This document shows positions 38,494 through 47,898 of a stretch of DNA of 50,557 nt, in pieces (position 1 is the stretch's first letter; every line of letters starts with the position of its first letter). The translations under genes and the position numbers were made by a program. Below the pieces are notes generated by a model that worked only from the letters and a program-made list of their open reading frames with translations, searched no databases and was not told the origin of the DNA. The DNA comes from Clostridium sp. CAG:451 (GTDB lineage Bacteria > Bacillota_I > Bacilli_A > RF39 > UBA660): contig FR901073.1 of assembly GCA_000438295.1 (NCBI GenBank), positions 26,576 through 77,132 on the forward strand, read 5' to 3'.

Positions 38494-39021
38494 ATGAGAC
38501 AATTAATAACAATTTGTATAATTTATGCCTTAATGCCATTATTATTCGCAAAGAAAGATGATGAAGAAACTCTTACAGATAGTAGTACTATAGTCTTTAA
38601 GTTTGCTGATAAGTTTAAAAAAATTATACTAGGTTGTTCCATTATATTTTTTATTATAACTATAATTGGAACAGTAGCTTTTTCTAATCAAGATGGCTCA
38701 ATTATTTTTACGATAATTTTTGGAATATTTTCTATCCTAATATTAGGCTTTTATCTATCCGCTAGAAACAAAAAAGTAATTTATCAAAACAATAGTTTGT
38801 GTGTATATAACATGTTTGGAAAGAAAAAAAATTTTAATATTAGTGATATAAAAAAAGCAGTAGAATATCCAACGAATGGTATGGAATTGATTTTTAAAGA
38901 TAATAGCAAAATTAGATTAGATGTTCAATTAACTAACTATGGAAGAATAAAAGACATCTTATCCAATAATGGTATAACATACGTTGATAAAAACAATAAT
39001 GAAAATGTAAAAGGATGGTAA
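38494..39021 (+). CDS. Hypothetical membrane protein, paralogous architecture to 24339..24866
   Basis: ATG at 38494 lies after AAGGAG. TM segments followed by a small beta-rich domain. Confidence 0.5.
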   Translation: MRQLITICIIYALMPLLFAKKDDEETLTDSSTIVFKFADKFKKIILGCSIIFFIITIIGTVAFSNQDGSIIFTIIFGIFSILILGFYLSARNKKVIYQNNSLCVYNMFGKKKNFNISDIKKAVEYPTNGMELIFKDNSKIRLDVQLTNYGRIKDILSNNGITYVDKNNNENVKGW

Positions 39022-39022
39022 T

Positions 39023-39418
39023 ATGGGAAAATTATATTTATATTTTAAAAAACATGAAGAAACAGAAATTGGAAATAACTTGAAAGTAAAAATAGATGAT
39101 AGTATTATTACAGAAATTGCCAGTAATAATATTTATGAAGTAGAATTATCTGATGGTGAACATAATATAAAGGCATACACCGAAGGATGGAATAAAGACG
39201 AAATGGTTGGTTATATAGATCAAAATATAGAAATAAATAAAGATACATATTTTACATATAAATCACCATTGATAATTACTGGAAAAGGACAATTAATAAA
39301 AGAAAATTTCTCTAGTCCTGAGGAATTTAAAAAAAGTATAAATAAATCTACTAAATTATATAAAATAATAATGGCTATATTAGTTATTATTGCAATTATT
39401 CTATTGCTATTTAGTTAA
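39023..39418 (+). CDS. Hypothetical protein with C-terminal TM anchor
   Basis: Tightly packed after the previous gene. C-terminal IIMAILVIIAIILLLF. Confidence 0.45.
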   Translation: MGKLYLYFKKHEETEIGNNLKVKIDDSIITEIASNNIYEVELSDGEHNIKAYTEGWNKDEMVGYIDQNIEINKDTYFTYKSPLIITGKGQLIKENFSSPEEFKKSINKSTKLYKIIMAILVIIAIILLLFS

Positions 39419-39498
39419 AATTTAAATAAAAATTGGCAAATGTTATTGCTGATTTTTTTTTATCTTTGATATAATTATTATAAGAGTAGGTGGTAGTA

Positions 39499-40629
39499 GT
39501 GAAAGTTAAAAAATTAAAATTAAAAAAAGAAGCAGAAAATGTAGTTAAATATATATTAATTATTATTGTATTGTTAGTATGCCTATTGATTTTCATTTTT
39601 TTTAAAAAGCAGTCTTTACAAAAAATAGGTTATAGTAAACAAGCATCAAGTGTGATAGTTAGAAAACTAAAATGGAATAAAGTTAAAGAAGTAGGTAAAA
39701 ATAAGACTTTAAATGCTGCATTTGAAAGTAGTAGTTATAAAGAAGAAAATTTTGACCATTATAAAAATATAAAGTATCAGCCATTAGAAGATATAATTCC
39801 AAGTATTAATAAATTAATAACAAAAGGATATACAGATAGCCAAATATCATTAATTTTAGCAAGAGGTAATAATAGTGAAGTAAAGGAATTTGCTAAAAGA
39901 GGTAAGGTTAAATATTTAGATGAGTTTTTCTCTGTTGATTATTCGCATCTATCTAAATATGATAGATATGTAGCTTATCAAAATAAGGAAAATGATACTG
40001 CAGATATTACTGTTTTAAATGTTGAACTTGACTTTGATAAAGATGAGTATCAAGATGTGGAAGTTATTGATAAGTTTTCTCCTAATGTTTTAGTTAATAA
40101 ACATCATCAATTAAGCAGTAAATATGTACCAAAAGACTTAGTGAATTTTCAAAGTGATGATGTAAAAGGTACTAGTAAGATAAAAGCTAATAAAGAAGTA
40201 GTAACTGCTTTTCATAAGATGCGGGAAGCAGCTAAAGAAGATGGTAAAGATATAGTAGTAAACTCAGGTTATAGAAGCTATGCTGATCAAGAAGAAACTG
40301 TCTCTTACTATCAGAATGCTTATGGTGATAGCTATGTAGAAAAAAATATTGCTAAAGCAGGATATTCTGAGCATCAAACAGGCATGTCTATAGATGTAGC
40401 TAGTAAAAATACGACAGTCTTTACTGATAGTGAAGAGTATACTTGGATGATGGATAATGCCTATAAATATGGATTTATCTTACGTTATCCAAAATCTAAA
40501 GAAGATGTAACATTATATAAATGTGAACCATGGCACTATCGTTATGTTGGTACTAAAATAGCTAGTTATACAAAAAAACATAATATAACTTATGATGAAT
40601 ACTATGTTATGTTTTTACAACAAGACTAA
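39499..40629 (+). CDS. VanY-type (M15B) D-alanyl-D-alanine carboxypeptidase, membrane anchored
   Basis: SGYRSYADQE, SEHQTGMSIDV and PWHYRYVG zinc-ligand motifs. The start is GTG 39499 or 39490, near TAGGTGG. Confidence 0.8.
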   Translation: MKVKKLKLKKEAENVVKYILIIIVLLVCLLIFIFFKKQSLQKIGYSKQASSVIVRKLKWNKVKEVGKNKTLNAAFESSSYKEENFDHYKNIKYQPLEDIIPSINKLITKGYTDSQISLILARGNNSEVKEFAKRGKVKYLDEFFSVDYSHLSKYDRYVAYQNKENDTADITVLNVELDFDKDEYQDVEVIDKFSPNVLVNKHHQLSSKYVPKDLVNFQSDDVKGTSKIKANKEVVTAFHKMREAAKEDGKDIVVNSGYRSYADQEETVSYYQNAYGDSYVEKNIAKAGYSEHQTGMSIDVASKNTTVFTDSEEYTWMMDNAYKYGFILRYPKSKEDVTLYKCEPWHYRYVGTKIASYTKKHNITYDEYYVMFLQQD

Positions 40630-40670
40630 TTTGTGATATTATAAAATAAAGAATAGAAAGGATGATATAA

Positions 40671-43097
40671 ATGTATCCACTAGGTAAACAGTTTAGAATG
40701 GATTTAACTAAATCTAAAAGTGATGAAAAATGTATTGTTAAAGGTGATAAGTATCGTTTTACTATCCTTAGTGAAAGACTTATTAGGCTTGAATATAATG
40801 TAAATGGTCATTTTGTAGATAAGCCTAGTCAGTTTGCTTTGTATCGTTCTTTTACTTATCCAAATTATCAGGTAAAACAAGATAATAAATTCTTAGAAAT
40901 TACTACTAGGTACTTTAGACTTACTTATGTTAAAGAAATGCCTTTTACGGGTAGTAAAGTAGACCCTATGAAAAACTTAAAGATAACTCTTCTTAGTAGT
41001 AAAAATGAAAATGAAAATAGAGATTGGTATTATGGTCATCCGGAAGTTAGAAATATGAATGGTAATATGATAAGTGAAGATGTTACTATTCCGAATAGTT
41101 TAAAAAGAGGACTTTATTCTCTAGAAGGTTTTGCTTCTATTGATGACTCTAATAGTTTATTATTTTTAGAGGATGGAACCTTTGAACAAAGAGAAACTGG
41201 TAGCATTGATATATATGTATTTATGTATAATAAAGACTTTTCTTTAGCACTTAGTGACTATTTTAAGTTAACGGGCAATCCTTCCCTTATCCCAAGATAT
41301 GCCCTAGGTAACTGGTGGAGTAGAAATACTGCATATGATCCTGATAAGGTTATGGATACTATTAGTCATTTTGAAAGGAGAAAAGTACCACTTGCTATCT
41401 TTCTTTTAGATAAGGACTGGCATTATCGTGATGTTGGGGATAATAAAAATCTTCATACTGGGTTTACTTTCAACGCTAGCTTATTTCCTAAGCCTAAAGA
41501 ATTTATTGATACCTTACATGAACATAATGTTAGAGTTGGCTTGGAAATAGATCCTACAGAAGGAATTTATCCTCATGAAGCTTATTATCAACAAGCTTGT
41601 CAATATCTTGATATAAAAGATAATAAGATAATAGTATTTGACCCATTAAATCCTAAACTATTAGATGTTTACTTTAAATTGTTTCTTCATCCGTTAGAGA
41701 GTATGGGAGTAGACTTCTTCTTTCATGACTATAAAGGTGATAACCAGGCTTTAAAATTACTAGCATATAACCACTATAACTATTTAGATTCAGGAAGAAA
41801 TCCAGCTAAGCGTAGTTTAATGTTATCAAGAAATGGAATATATGCTCCACATAGATATCCTATTTTATATGCTGGTAGTAGTGAAATATCTTGGGATGGT
41901 TTAAGAGAAATATCTGCAAGTACTTTAAGTGCTAGTAACATAGGTGTATCATTCTGGAGTCATGATGTTGGTGGTAATCATGGTGGTATAGAAGAGAGCG
42001 AATTATATCTTCGTTATGTAGAATTAGGATGCTTTAGTCCCATATTAAGATTTCATGCGGCAAGAGGAGTTTACTATAAAAGAGAACCATGGCGATGGGA
42101 TATAAAAACAGAAACTATTGCTAATGATTATTTAAGATTAAGACATCGTTTAATACCATATCTATATACAGAATGTTATCACTATTATAAAGATGGTAAA
42201 TGTCTTGTAGAACCGTTCTATTATAAGTATCCTTGGGTAATAGATGATAATAAATACAAGTATCAGTATTTCTTTGGAAAGGAATTACTAGTATGTCCAA
42301 TTCTTAAAAAGAAAGAAGTTACAATGAACCGTACTATTCATGAGTTTTATATTCCAGATGGTATTTGGTATGACTTTAAGACAGGAAAGAAATTCCCAGG
42401 CGCTAAAAAGTATGTATCTTTCTTCCGTGAAGAAGATTATCCAGTATTTGCTAAGAGTGGAGCAATTATACCTCTATCTAATAGGAGTGATAGAAATAAT
42501 ATTGGCTTACCACTTGATCTTGAAATTCATATCTTCCCAGGAACTTCTAACGTCTATACTTTATATGAAGATGATGGGCTAACCTCATTATATAAAGAAG
42601 GACTGTTCTTGAAAACGGATATAGATTACAACTACCTAAAAAACAACTATACTGTTATTGTTAGATCAGTAGAAGGTAAGAGTGGAGTAGTACCACAAAA
42701 GAGAAATTATCGTTTTAGATTTAGAAATACTAAGCAAGCAGAAGATGTTAAAGCTTACTACAATGATAGGGAAATACCAATTGCTTCCCAGTACATTGAA
42801 GATAATGACTTTGTGGTAGAAGTAAGAAAAGTTAATACTATTGGTCAATTAACTATAATGTGTCGTGGTAAAGATATTGAAATAGATGCTGTTCGTTTGA
42901 TAAATGAAGATATCAATAGTATCTTGATGGACTTACAAATAGAAACTTACTTAAAAGAGAAAATAGCAGATATAATCTTCTCTGATTTACCAATAAAGAA
43001 GAAAAGAATTGCTATTAGAAAATTAAAACGTGATTCTTTATCAAAGGAATATATAAATCTATTCTTAAAATTATTAGAATATATTGAACAAGTCTAG
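40671..43097 (+). CDS. Glycoside hydrolase family 31 (alpha-glucosidase/alpha-xylosidase-like)
   Basis: LLDKDWHY, VDFFFHDY and FWSHDVGG motifs. About 800 aa. Confidence 0.82.
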   Translation: MYPLGKQFRMDLTKSKSDEKCIVKGDKYRFTILSERLIRLEYNVNGHFVDKPSQFALYRSFTYPNYQVKQDNKFLEITTRYFRLTYVKEMPFTGSKVDPMKNLKITLLSSKNENENRDWYYGHPEVRNMNGNMISEDVTIPNSLKRGLYSLEGFASIDDSNSLLFLEDGTFEQRETGSIDIYVFMYNKDFSLALSDYFKLTGNPSLIPRYALGNWWSRNTAYDPDKVMDTISHFERRKVPLAIFLLDKDWHYRDVGDNKNLHTGFTFNASLFPKPKEFIDTLHEHNVRVGLEIDPTEGIYPHEAYYQQACQYLDIKDNKIIVFDPLNPKLLDVYFKLFLHPLESMGVDFFFHDYKGDNQALKLLAYNHYNYLDSGRNPAKRSLMLSRNGIYAPHRYPILYAGSSEISWDGLREISASTLSASNIGVSFWSHDVGGNHGGIEESELYLRYVELGCFSPILRFHAARGVYYKREPWRWDIKTETIANDYLRLRHRLIPYLYTECYHYYKDGKCLVEPFYYKYPWVIDDNKYKYQYFFGKELLVCPILKKKEVTMNRTIHEFYIPDGIWYDFKTGKKFPGAKKYVSFFREEDYPVFAKSGAIIPLSNRSDRNNIGLPLDLEIHIFPGTSNVYTLYEDDGLTSLYKEGLFLKTDIDYNYLKNNYTVIVRSVEGKSGVVPQKRNYRFRFRNTKQAEDVKAYYNDREIPIASQYIEDNDFVVEVRKVNTIGQLTIMCRGKDIEIDAVRLINEDINSILMDLQIETYLKEKIADIIFSDLPIKKKRIAIRKLKRDSLSKEYINLFLKLLEYIEQV

Positions 43098-43120
43098 GAT
43101 AGAAATATCCTTTTCTTTTT
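43097..43120 (+). terminator. Intrinsic terminator after GH31
   Basis: GGATA-gaaa-TATCC followed by TTTTCTTTTTT. Confidence 0.55.
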
Positions 43121-43132
43121 TACAAAAATTCG

Positions 43133-43180
43133 TTGATTTTCACCAGAAATTATCATATAATGATAAAAAGAGGTGAAAAT
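43133..43180 (+). promoter_or_regulatory. abiE promoter with nested inverted repeats (candidate AbiEi operator)
   Basis: TTGATT (43133-43138)-17 nt-TATAAT (43156-43161). Outer inverted repeat ATTTTCACC (43136-43144) / GGTGAAAAT (43172-43180). Inner inverted repeat TTATCAT (43150-43156) / ATGATAA (43160-43166). Confidence 0.5.
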
Positions 43181-43771
43181 ATGATAATAACAAATGATGC
43201 TATATTGAAAAAACTAGCTAATTATTCTAATAAAAACACTAAGTTAGCAAGAGAAGTTAGAGATGGAAAAATAATTAAAATAGTAAATGGTTTATATGAA
43301 ACTGATTCCAATACACCAGGTTATTTACTAGCTGGAAGTATTTATGGACCTTCATATATTTCTTTTGAATATGCTTTATCCTATTATGGAATGATACCAG
43401 AAAGAGTTACTACAATAACTTGTGCTACTTTTGCTAAAAAAAAGAAAAAACAATTTAATACACCGTTTGGCACTTTTACATATAGAGATATTCCAATATT
43501 AGCATATCCAGAAGAGATAATTTTAAAAGAGGAAAATAATTACTCATATCAAATTGCGTCTAGAGAAAAAGCTTTGTGTGATAAAATTTATACTTTAAAA
43601 CCATTAAAAAATTATTCTAATCTGGAAAAGATGCTATTTTCTGATTTACGTATAGATAGTGAAAATTTTAATAAATTAAATATAGAAAAAATAGAAAAGT
43701 TAAGTAATTTATATCATTCAACTAATATTTTATTATTAGCTAAATATATGAGGAGGAATAAGAATGAATAA
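43181..43771 (+). CDS. abiEi: AbiEi-family antitoxin/transcriptional regulator (type IV TA)
   Basis: About 196 aa, with an 8-nt overlap with the AbiEii gene. The N-terminal region (LAREVRDGKIIKIVNGLYE) resembles the AbiEi N-domain. ATG at 43181 lies after AGAGGTGA. Confidence 0.7.
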   Translation: MIITNDAILKKLANYSNKNTKLAREVRDGKIIKIVNGLYETDSNTPGYLLAGSIYGPSYISFEYALSYYGMIPERVTTITCATFAKKKKKQFNTPFGTFTYRDIPILAYPEEIILKEENNYSYQIASREKALCDKIYTLKPLKNYSNLEKMLFSDLRIDSENFNKLNIEKIEKLSNLYHSTNILLLAKYMRRNKNE

Positions 43772-44627
43772 TATTATAGAACAAATGCTTTCAAAGTATG
43801 AAATAAAAAATACAAATGATGAAATAAATGCCCTAAAAGAAATTATTCAAGAAATAATTTTATCAGGATTAGCTAGAGGAAATTTTTTTGATGAAGCAGC
43901 ATTTTATGGTGGAACAGCACTTAGAATTTTTTATAAATTAGATAGATTTTCTGAAGACTTAGACTTTGCTCTTATCTATCCAAATAAAAACTTTGATTTA
44001 AGTAAATACTTTGTCTATCTTGAAAAGGAATTAAAAGCTTATGGACTAAATCTTGAAATTAATACTAAACAAAAAAATATTGAATCAAATATAACCTCAG
44101 CATTTGTGAAAGGGGATACTCTAGAGCATATTTTAAAATTTTTTCCCAATGAAGAAAATCATAAATACAATCATATGTTAAAAAATATAAAAATAAAATT
44201 TGAGGTAGATATTAATCCACCTAGTGGAGCAACATATGAAGAAAAATATAAGTTATTACCAAGTCCTCATCAAATAAAAATATATGATAAAGAATCTTTA
44301 TTTGCTGGAAAAATACATGCAATACTATGTCGCAATTGGAAAACAAGAACAAAAGGAAGAGATCTATATGATTATATTTTCTTTTTAGCAAATAATACAA
44401 AAGTAAATTTAGAATTAGTTAAAAACAAATTAATTGAATCTAATTATATAAATGCAAATGACAAATTTTCTATAGATGATTTAAAGAACCTACTAATTAA
44501 TAAATTTAAAGAAATAGATTATATAGAAGCAAAAGAAGATGTTATTCCTTTTATAAAAAATACGGAAAGTCTTAATATATGGAGTAGTGAATTTTTTATA
44601 AGTATTACAAAAGAACTGACTATATAG
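43764..44627 (+). CDS. abiEii: AbiEii/AbiGii-family nucleotidyltransferase toxin
   Basis: FYGGTALRIFYKLDRFSEDLDF (NTase GS...DxD motif), plus later KIHAILCR and GRDLYD motifs typical of the family. Confidence 0.85.
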   Translation: MNNIIEQMLSKYEIKNTNDEINALKEIIQEIILSGLARGNFFDEAAFYGGTALRIFYKLDRFSEDLDFALIYPNKNFDLSKYFVYLEKELKAYGLNLEINTKQKNIESNITSAFVKGDTLEHILKFFPNEENHKYNHMLKNIKIKFEVDINPPSGATYEEKYKLLPSPHQIKIYDKESLFAGKIHAILCRNWKTRTKGRDLYDYIFFLANNTKVNLELVKNKLIESNYINANDKFSIDDLKNLLINKFKEIDYIEAKEDVIPFIKNTESLNIWSSEFFISITKELTI

Positions 44628-44636
44628 ATTATTATT

Positions 44637-44663
44637 AATAAATTTAATAAATTTAATAAATTT
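44637..44663. repeat. Three perfect tandem copies of AATAAATTT
   Basis: Direct reading: 44637-44645, 44646-44654 and 44655-44663. Confidence 0.9.
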
Positions 44664-44727
44664 TAGTCTAATTTAAGACATTTTATTAGAAATTTGGTAA
44701 AATAATAATATGAGGGGAGACCATGAT

Positions 44728-45480
44728 ATGAAAGCGATGATTACAGGGGCATCGAGTGGAATTGGAAGAGATATGGCTAAAATACTTAGTGATAAATCTT
44801 ACGATTTAATATTGGTTGCCAGAAATAAAGAGGCTTTAGAGACTCTAAAGAAAGAGTTAAAGACTAGAGTAGAAATATTTGTTGTTGATCTTAGTGATAC
44901 TTCCAAAGTAAAAGAACTTTATGAAAAGACTAAGAATGAAAAAATTGATTTACTAATAAACAATGCAGGATATGGAATATTTGGTTCTTTTGATGAAACT
45001 AATCTAGATGATGAGTTAAATATGATAGATGTAAATGTTAAAGCTCTACACATACTAACTAAACTTTATCTAAAAGATATGAAAAAAAGAGATAGTGGTA
45101 CTATCTTAAATGTTGCTAGTAGTGCTGCTTTTTTCCCAGGACCATTACTATCTAGTTATTATGCTAGTAAAAGTTATGTCTATAAACTAAGTCTTGCTAT
45201 TAATGAAGAATTGAATAGATGTAAGAGTAATGTTAAAATATCAGTCTTATGTCCAGGACCAGTAGCTACTAATTTTAATAATCGAGCAGGAGTTACTTTT
45301 TCTGTTAAACCCCTAACTAGTTATTATGTAGCAGACTATGCCTTAAAGAAATGTTTAAAAGGAAAGACCGTTATTATACCTTCTATCACTATGAAATTAG
45401 GAAAGTTTTTCTCACACTTTGTAAGTGATAAATTTATTGCTAAAATAACTTATAATATTCAAAAGAAGAAGGAAAAATAA
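44728..45480 (+). CDS. Short-chain dehydrogenase/reductase (SDR)
   Basis: ITGASSGIG cofactor motif, NNAG, and the catalytic YASKSYV (YxxxK). Confidence 0.85.
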   Translation: MKAMITGASSGIGRDMAKILSDKSYDLILVARNKEALETLKKELKTRVEIFVVDLSDTSKVKELYEKTKNEKIDLLINNAGYGIFGSFDETNLDDELNMIDVNVKALHILTKLYLKDMKKRDSGTILNVASSAAFFPGPLLSSYYASKSYVYKLSLAINEELNRCKSNVKISVLCPGPVATNFNNRAGVTFSVKPLTSYYVADYALKKCLKGKTVIIPSITMKLGKFFSHFVSDKFIAKITYNIQKKKEK

Positions 45481-46266
45481 ATGGCCATTTTAGCCGTAGA
45501 AAACCTTGATATTATTCCATTTAAAGGAATGAATAAAACTTTTAGAAATGGTACTATTTCCTTTGTAGCAGGTGCTAATAATTCTTATAAGACACTTTTA
45601 ATTAAAGTACTATCAGGTATAGTTAAGACAGAAGAAAAAATAAGAGTCAATAGAACATTTGTAGAACAAATTACTACTAAGCAGTATCCTTACCAAATTC
45701 AAGTAATCTTTGAAGATGAAAACTTTAAAACAACAACAGTAAAAGAAGAAATTATTTTAACACTCATTAAAACTAATATCCCCGATGAAGAGTTTACTAA
45801 AACTAAAAGAAAAATATTATCATTATTTCAACTTACTAAAGAAGAAAATAAGAATATAGAAGATTTAGATAAGTTTAGTAAAATAAAATTGAATTTAGCT
45901 TGTGCTTTTATTTATAGTCCAGAAGTAATGTTAATTGATGATATCTTTAAATACTTAAATGAAGAACAATTGAAATTTATTGCAAAGGTATTTAAACAAT
46001 ATAAAGATAAAATAAAATTTATCTGTATGACTAATAATCTTGATGTTCCTCTTTACTTTGAAGAAGTTGACCTATCTATTCTAGATAAAGGTAGAATTGT
46101 TAAAGAAGGAGATATCTTATCAGTACTTGATGATGACAGTATGCTAAATAAATTAGGATTTAGACTACCATTTATGATTGATTTATCTTTAAAACTAAAG
46201 TATTATAATTTAGTCGATAAAATTATTTTAGATCAAAAAGAAATGGTGGAGATGTTATGGAAATAA
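45481..46266 (+). CDS. EcfA-like ABC ATPase homolog with degenerate catalytic motifs
   Basis: ABC fold and EcfA-type C-terminus (LNKLGFRLPFMIDLSLKL). However, Walker A is GANNSYKT, the signature is replaced by KFSKIKLN, Walker B is MLIDDI, and the H-loop is CMTNN. Confidence 0.6.
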   Translation: MAILAVENLDIIPFKGMNKTFRNGTISFVAGANNSYKTLLIKVLSGIVKTEEKIRVNRTFVEQITTKQYPYQIQVIFEDENFKTTTVKEEIILTLIKTNIPDEEFTKTKRKILSLFQLTKEENKNIEDLDKFSKIKLNLACAFIYSPEVMLIDDIFKYLNEEQLKFIAKVFKQYKDKIKFICMTNNLDVPLYFEEVDLSILDKGRIVKEGDILSVLDDDSMLNKLGFRLPFMIDLSLKLKYYNLVDKIILDQKEMVEMLWK

Positions 46267-47054
46267 AACTTACTCATGTAAAGACAACTAACTTAACTGA
46301 TATATCTATTACCATACCATCATCTGTTATTACAGGTATTACTGGTGAAAATAGTAAAGAAATACTAGAAGTTATTTCTTTTTCTAACGAGTTTAAAGGT
46401 AGTATCTATTTTGATAAAGAAAGAATAACTAAAAAGAAACAGAATGAGTATAAGGGTAAGACTTATTATGTTCCTTTAGAATTTGAACTAGACTATCCTT
46501 TATATACAGTAGAAGAATATCTAAGATATTTTATTTTAACCAATTTTTTAAAAACAAAAGATATAGATGAAAAAATAGATGGAGCTTTAAAGATAGTAGG
46601 CTTTGATAAAAAAATACTTAAAAGGACAATAACTACACTATCATCAAGTGAAAAGAAATGGTTTCAATTATCTCTTGCTTTCTTAATTAATCCAAGCATC
46701 TTGCTACTAGATAATCCTTTTACTTATTTTGATGAGAAAGAAAAGATAAAACTAATAAGAATCTTAGAAAGACTTAAAGATAAGTTTCATAAAACAATAA
46801 TTATTACTAGTGATGACCAGAATCTTTTATATGAAATAACTAGATATTTAATAGTACTAAAAGATGGGTATCTATATCAAGAAGGACTTACGGAAAGCGT
46901 TTATTATTATCTGTTTGATGAGAAAGAACTGGGTATTTCCCTTCCTAAAATAGTTTCTTTTATCAAACTAGTGGAAAGTAGTAAGAAAGTTAAACTAGAT
47001 CACCGAAAAGATATAAAAGATTTAATGAAAGATATTTATAGAGAGGTAAGATAA
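46257..47054 (+). CDS. Second EcfA-like ABC ATPase homolog with degenerate catalytic motifs
   Basis: Walker A region GITGENSKE, signature LSSSEKK, Walker B LLLDNP (no catalytic Glu), and H-loop IITSDD. C-terminus LGISLPKIVSFIKL. Confidence 0.6.
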   Translation: MEIKLTHVKTTNLTDISITIPSSVITGITGENSKEILEVISFSNEFKGSIYFDKERITKKKQNEYKGKTYYVPLEFELDYPLYTVEEYLRYFILTNFLKTKDIDEKIDGALKIVGFDKKILKRTITTLSSSEKKWFQLSLAFLINPSILLLDNPFTYFDEKEKIKLIRILERLKDKFHKTIIITSDDQNLLYEITRYLIVLKDGYLYQEGLTESVYYYLFDEKELGISLPKIVSFIKLVESSKKVKLDHRKDIKDLMKDIYREVR

Positions 47055-47055
47055 T

Positions 47056-47802
47056 ATGAGATTTTTAATACATTTTTCTTATGATGGTAGTTCTTTTCAT
47101 GGTTATCAAACTCAACCTGGATATAGGACTATTCAAGAAGAGTTAGAAAACGCTGCTACTAAAATTAATAATGGTGAAAAGGTGAAAGTAGTAGCAAGTG
47201 GAAGAACTGATAAGAAAGTTCATGCTTATCATCAAGTAGCACACCTAGATATGAATGTTTCCATTAGTCCTAAACAAGTAAAAAGAGCAATGAATAGATA
47301 TTTACCTAGTGATATTCATGTTTTCGAAACAGAGGAAGTAAGTAGTGACTTTCATGCTAGGTATTATGTTATCTCTAAGACTTATGAGTATCACTTGAAT
47401 ATGGGAGAGTATAATCCTATTAGAAGAAATTACTGTTATCAGCATAATTATAAATTAGATATAGAAGCAATGAAGAAAGCTATTACTTACTTTATTGGTA
47501 CGCATGACTTTAGAGCTTTTGTCACTGAAAATAGTATTAAAGATAATTGTGTTAGAACGATAACTAATGCTTCTATAACTTTAGATGATTATTATAAAGA
47601 TGAGATAGTATTCACTTTTGAGGGAAGTGGATTCTTAAGATATCAAGTTAGAAATATGGTAGGTTTACTAATAAAAGTTGGTACTGGTAAGATAGATTAT
47701 AAATTAGTAAAAGAAATACTTGATAGTAAAGTAAGGGGAAAATATGGAACAACAGCGAAAGCAGAAGGATTATATCTAAAAAATATTGTGCTAAGAAGTT
47801 GA
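47056..47802 (+). CDS. truA: tRNA pseudouridine(38-40) synthase
   Basis: FSYDGSSFHGYQTQPG and SGRTDKKVHA with the catalytic Asp. Conserved position before rplM-rpsI. Confidence 0.92.
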   Translation: MRFLIHFSYDGSSFHGYQTQPGYRTIQEELENAATKINNGEKVKVVASGRTDKKVHAYHQVAHLDMNVSISPKQVKRAMNRYLPSDIHVFETEEVSSDFHARYYVISKTYEYHLNMGEYNPIRRNYCYQHNYKLDIEAMKKAITYFIGTHDFRAFVTENSIKDNCVRTITNASITLDDYYKDEIVFTFEGSGFLRYQVRNMVGLLIKVGTGKIDYKLVKEILDSKVRGKYGTTAKAEGLYLKNIVLRS

Positions 47803-47898
47803 CAAATAAAAAGATTATGGTATAATTTTAATCGGTACATTTAAATCCCCACATAAATTAAACGGTGGGAACGTTTGATTTAAGTAAAGGAGAAAAAT
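47799..47898 (+). promoter_or_regulatory. rplM-rpsI promoter plus structured leader (possible L13 autoregulatory leader)
   Basis: TTGACA (47799-47804)-16 nt-TGgTATAAT (-10 at 47821-47826). Composite hairpin AAATC+CCCAC (47843-47852) pairs with GTGGG (47865-47869) and GATTT (47877-47881), just before the RBS. Confidence 0.4.

Noticed and set aside
42340-42582. 80-aa same-strand out-of-frame ORF inside the GH31 gene
   Set aside because: It is fully embedded in a conserved GH31 frame, and no frameshift signal is evident.
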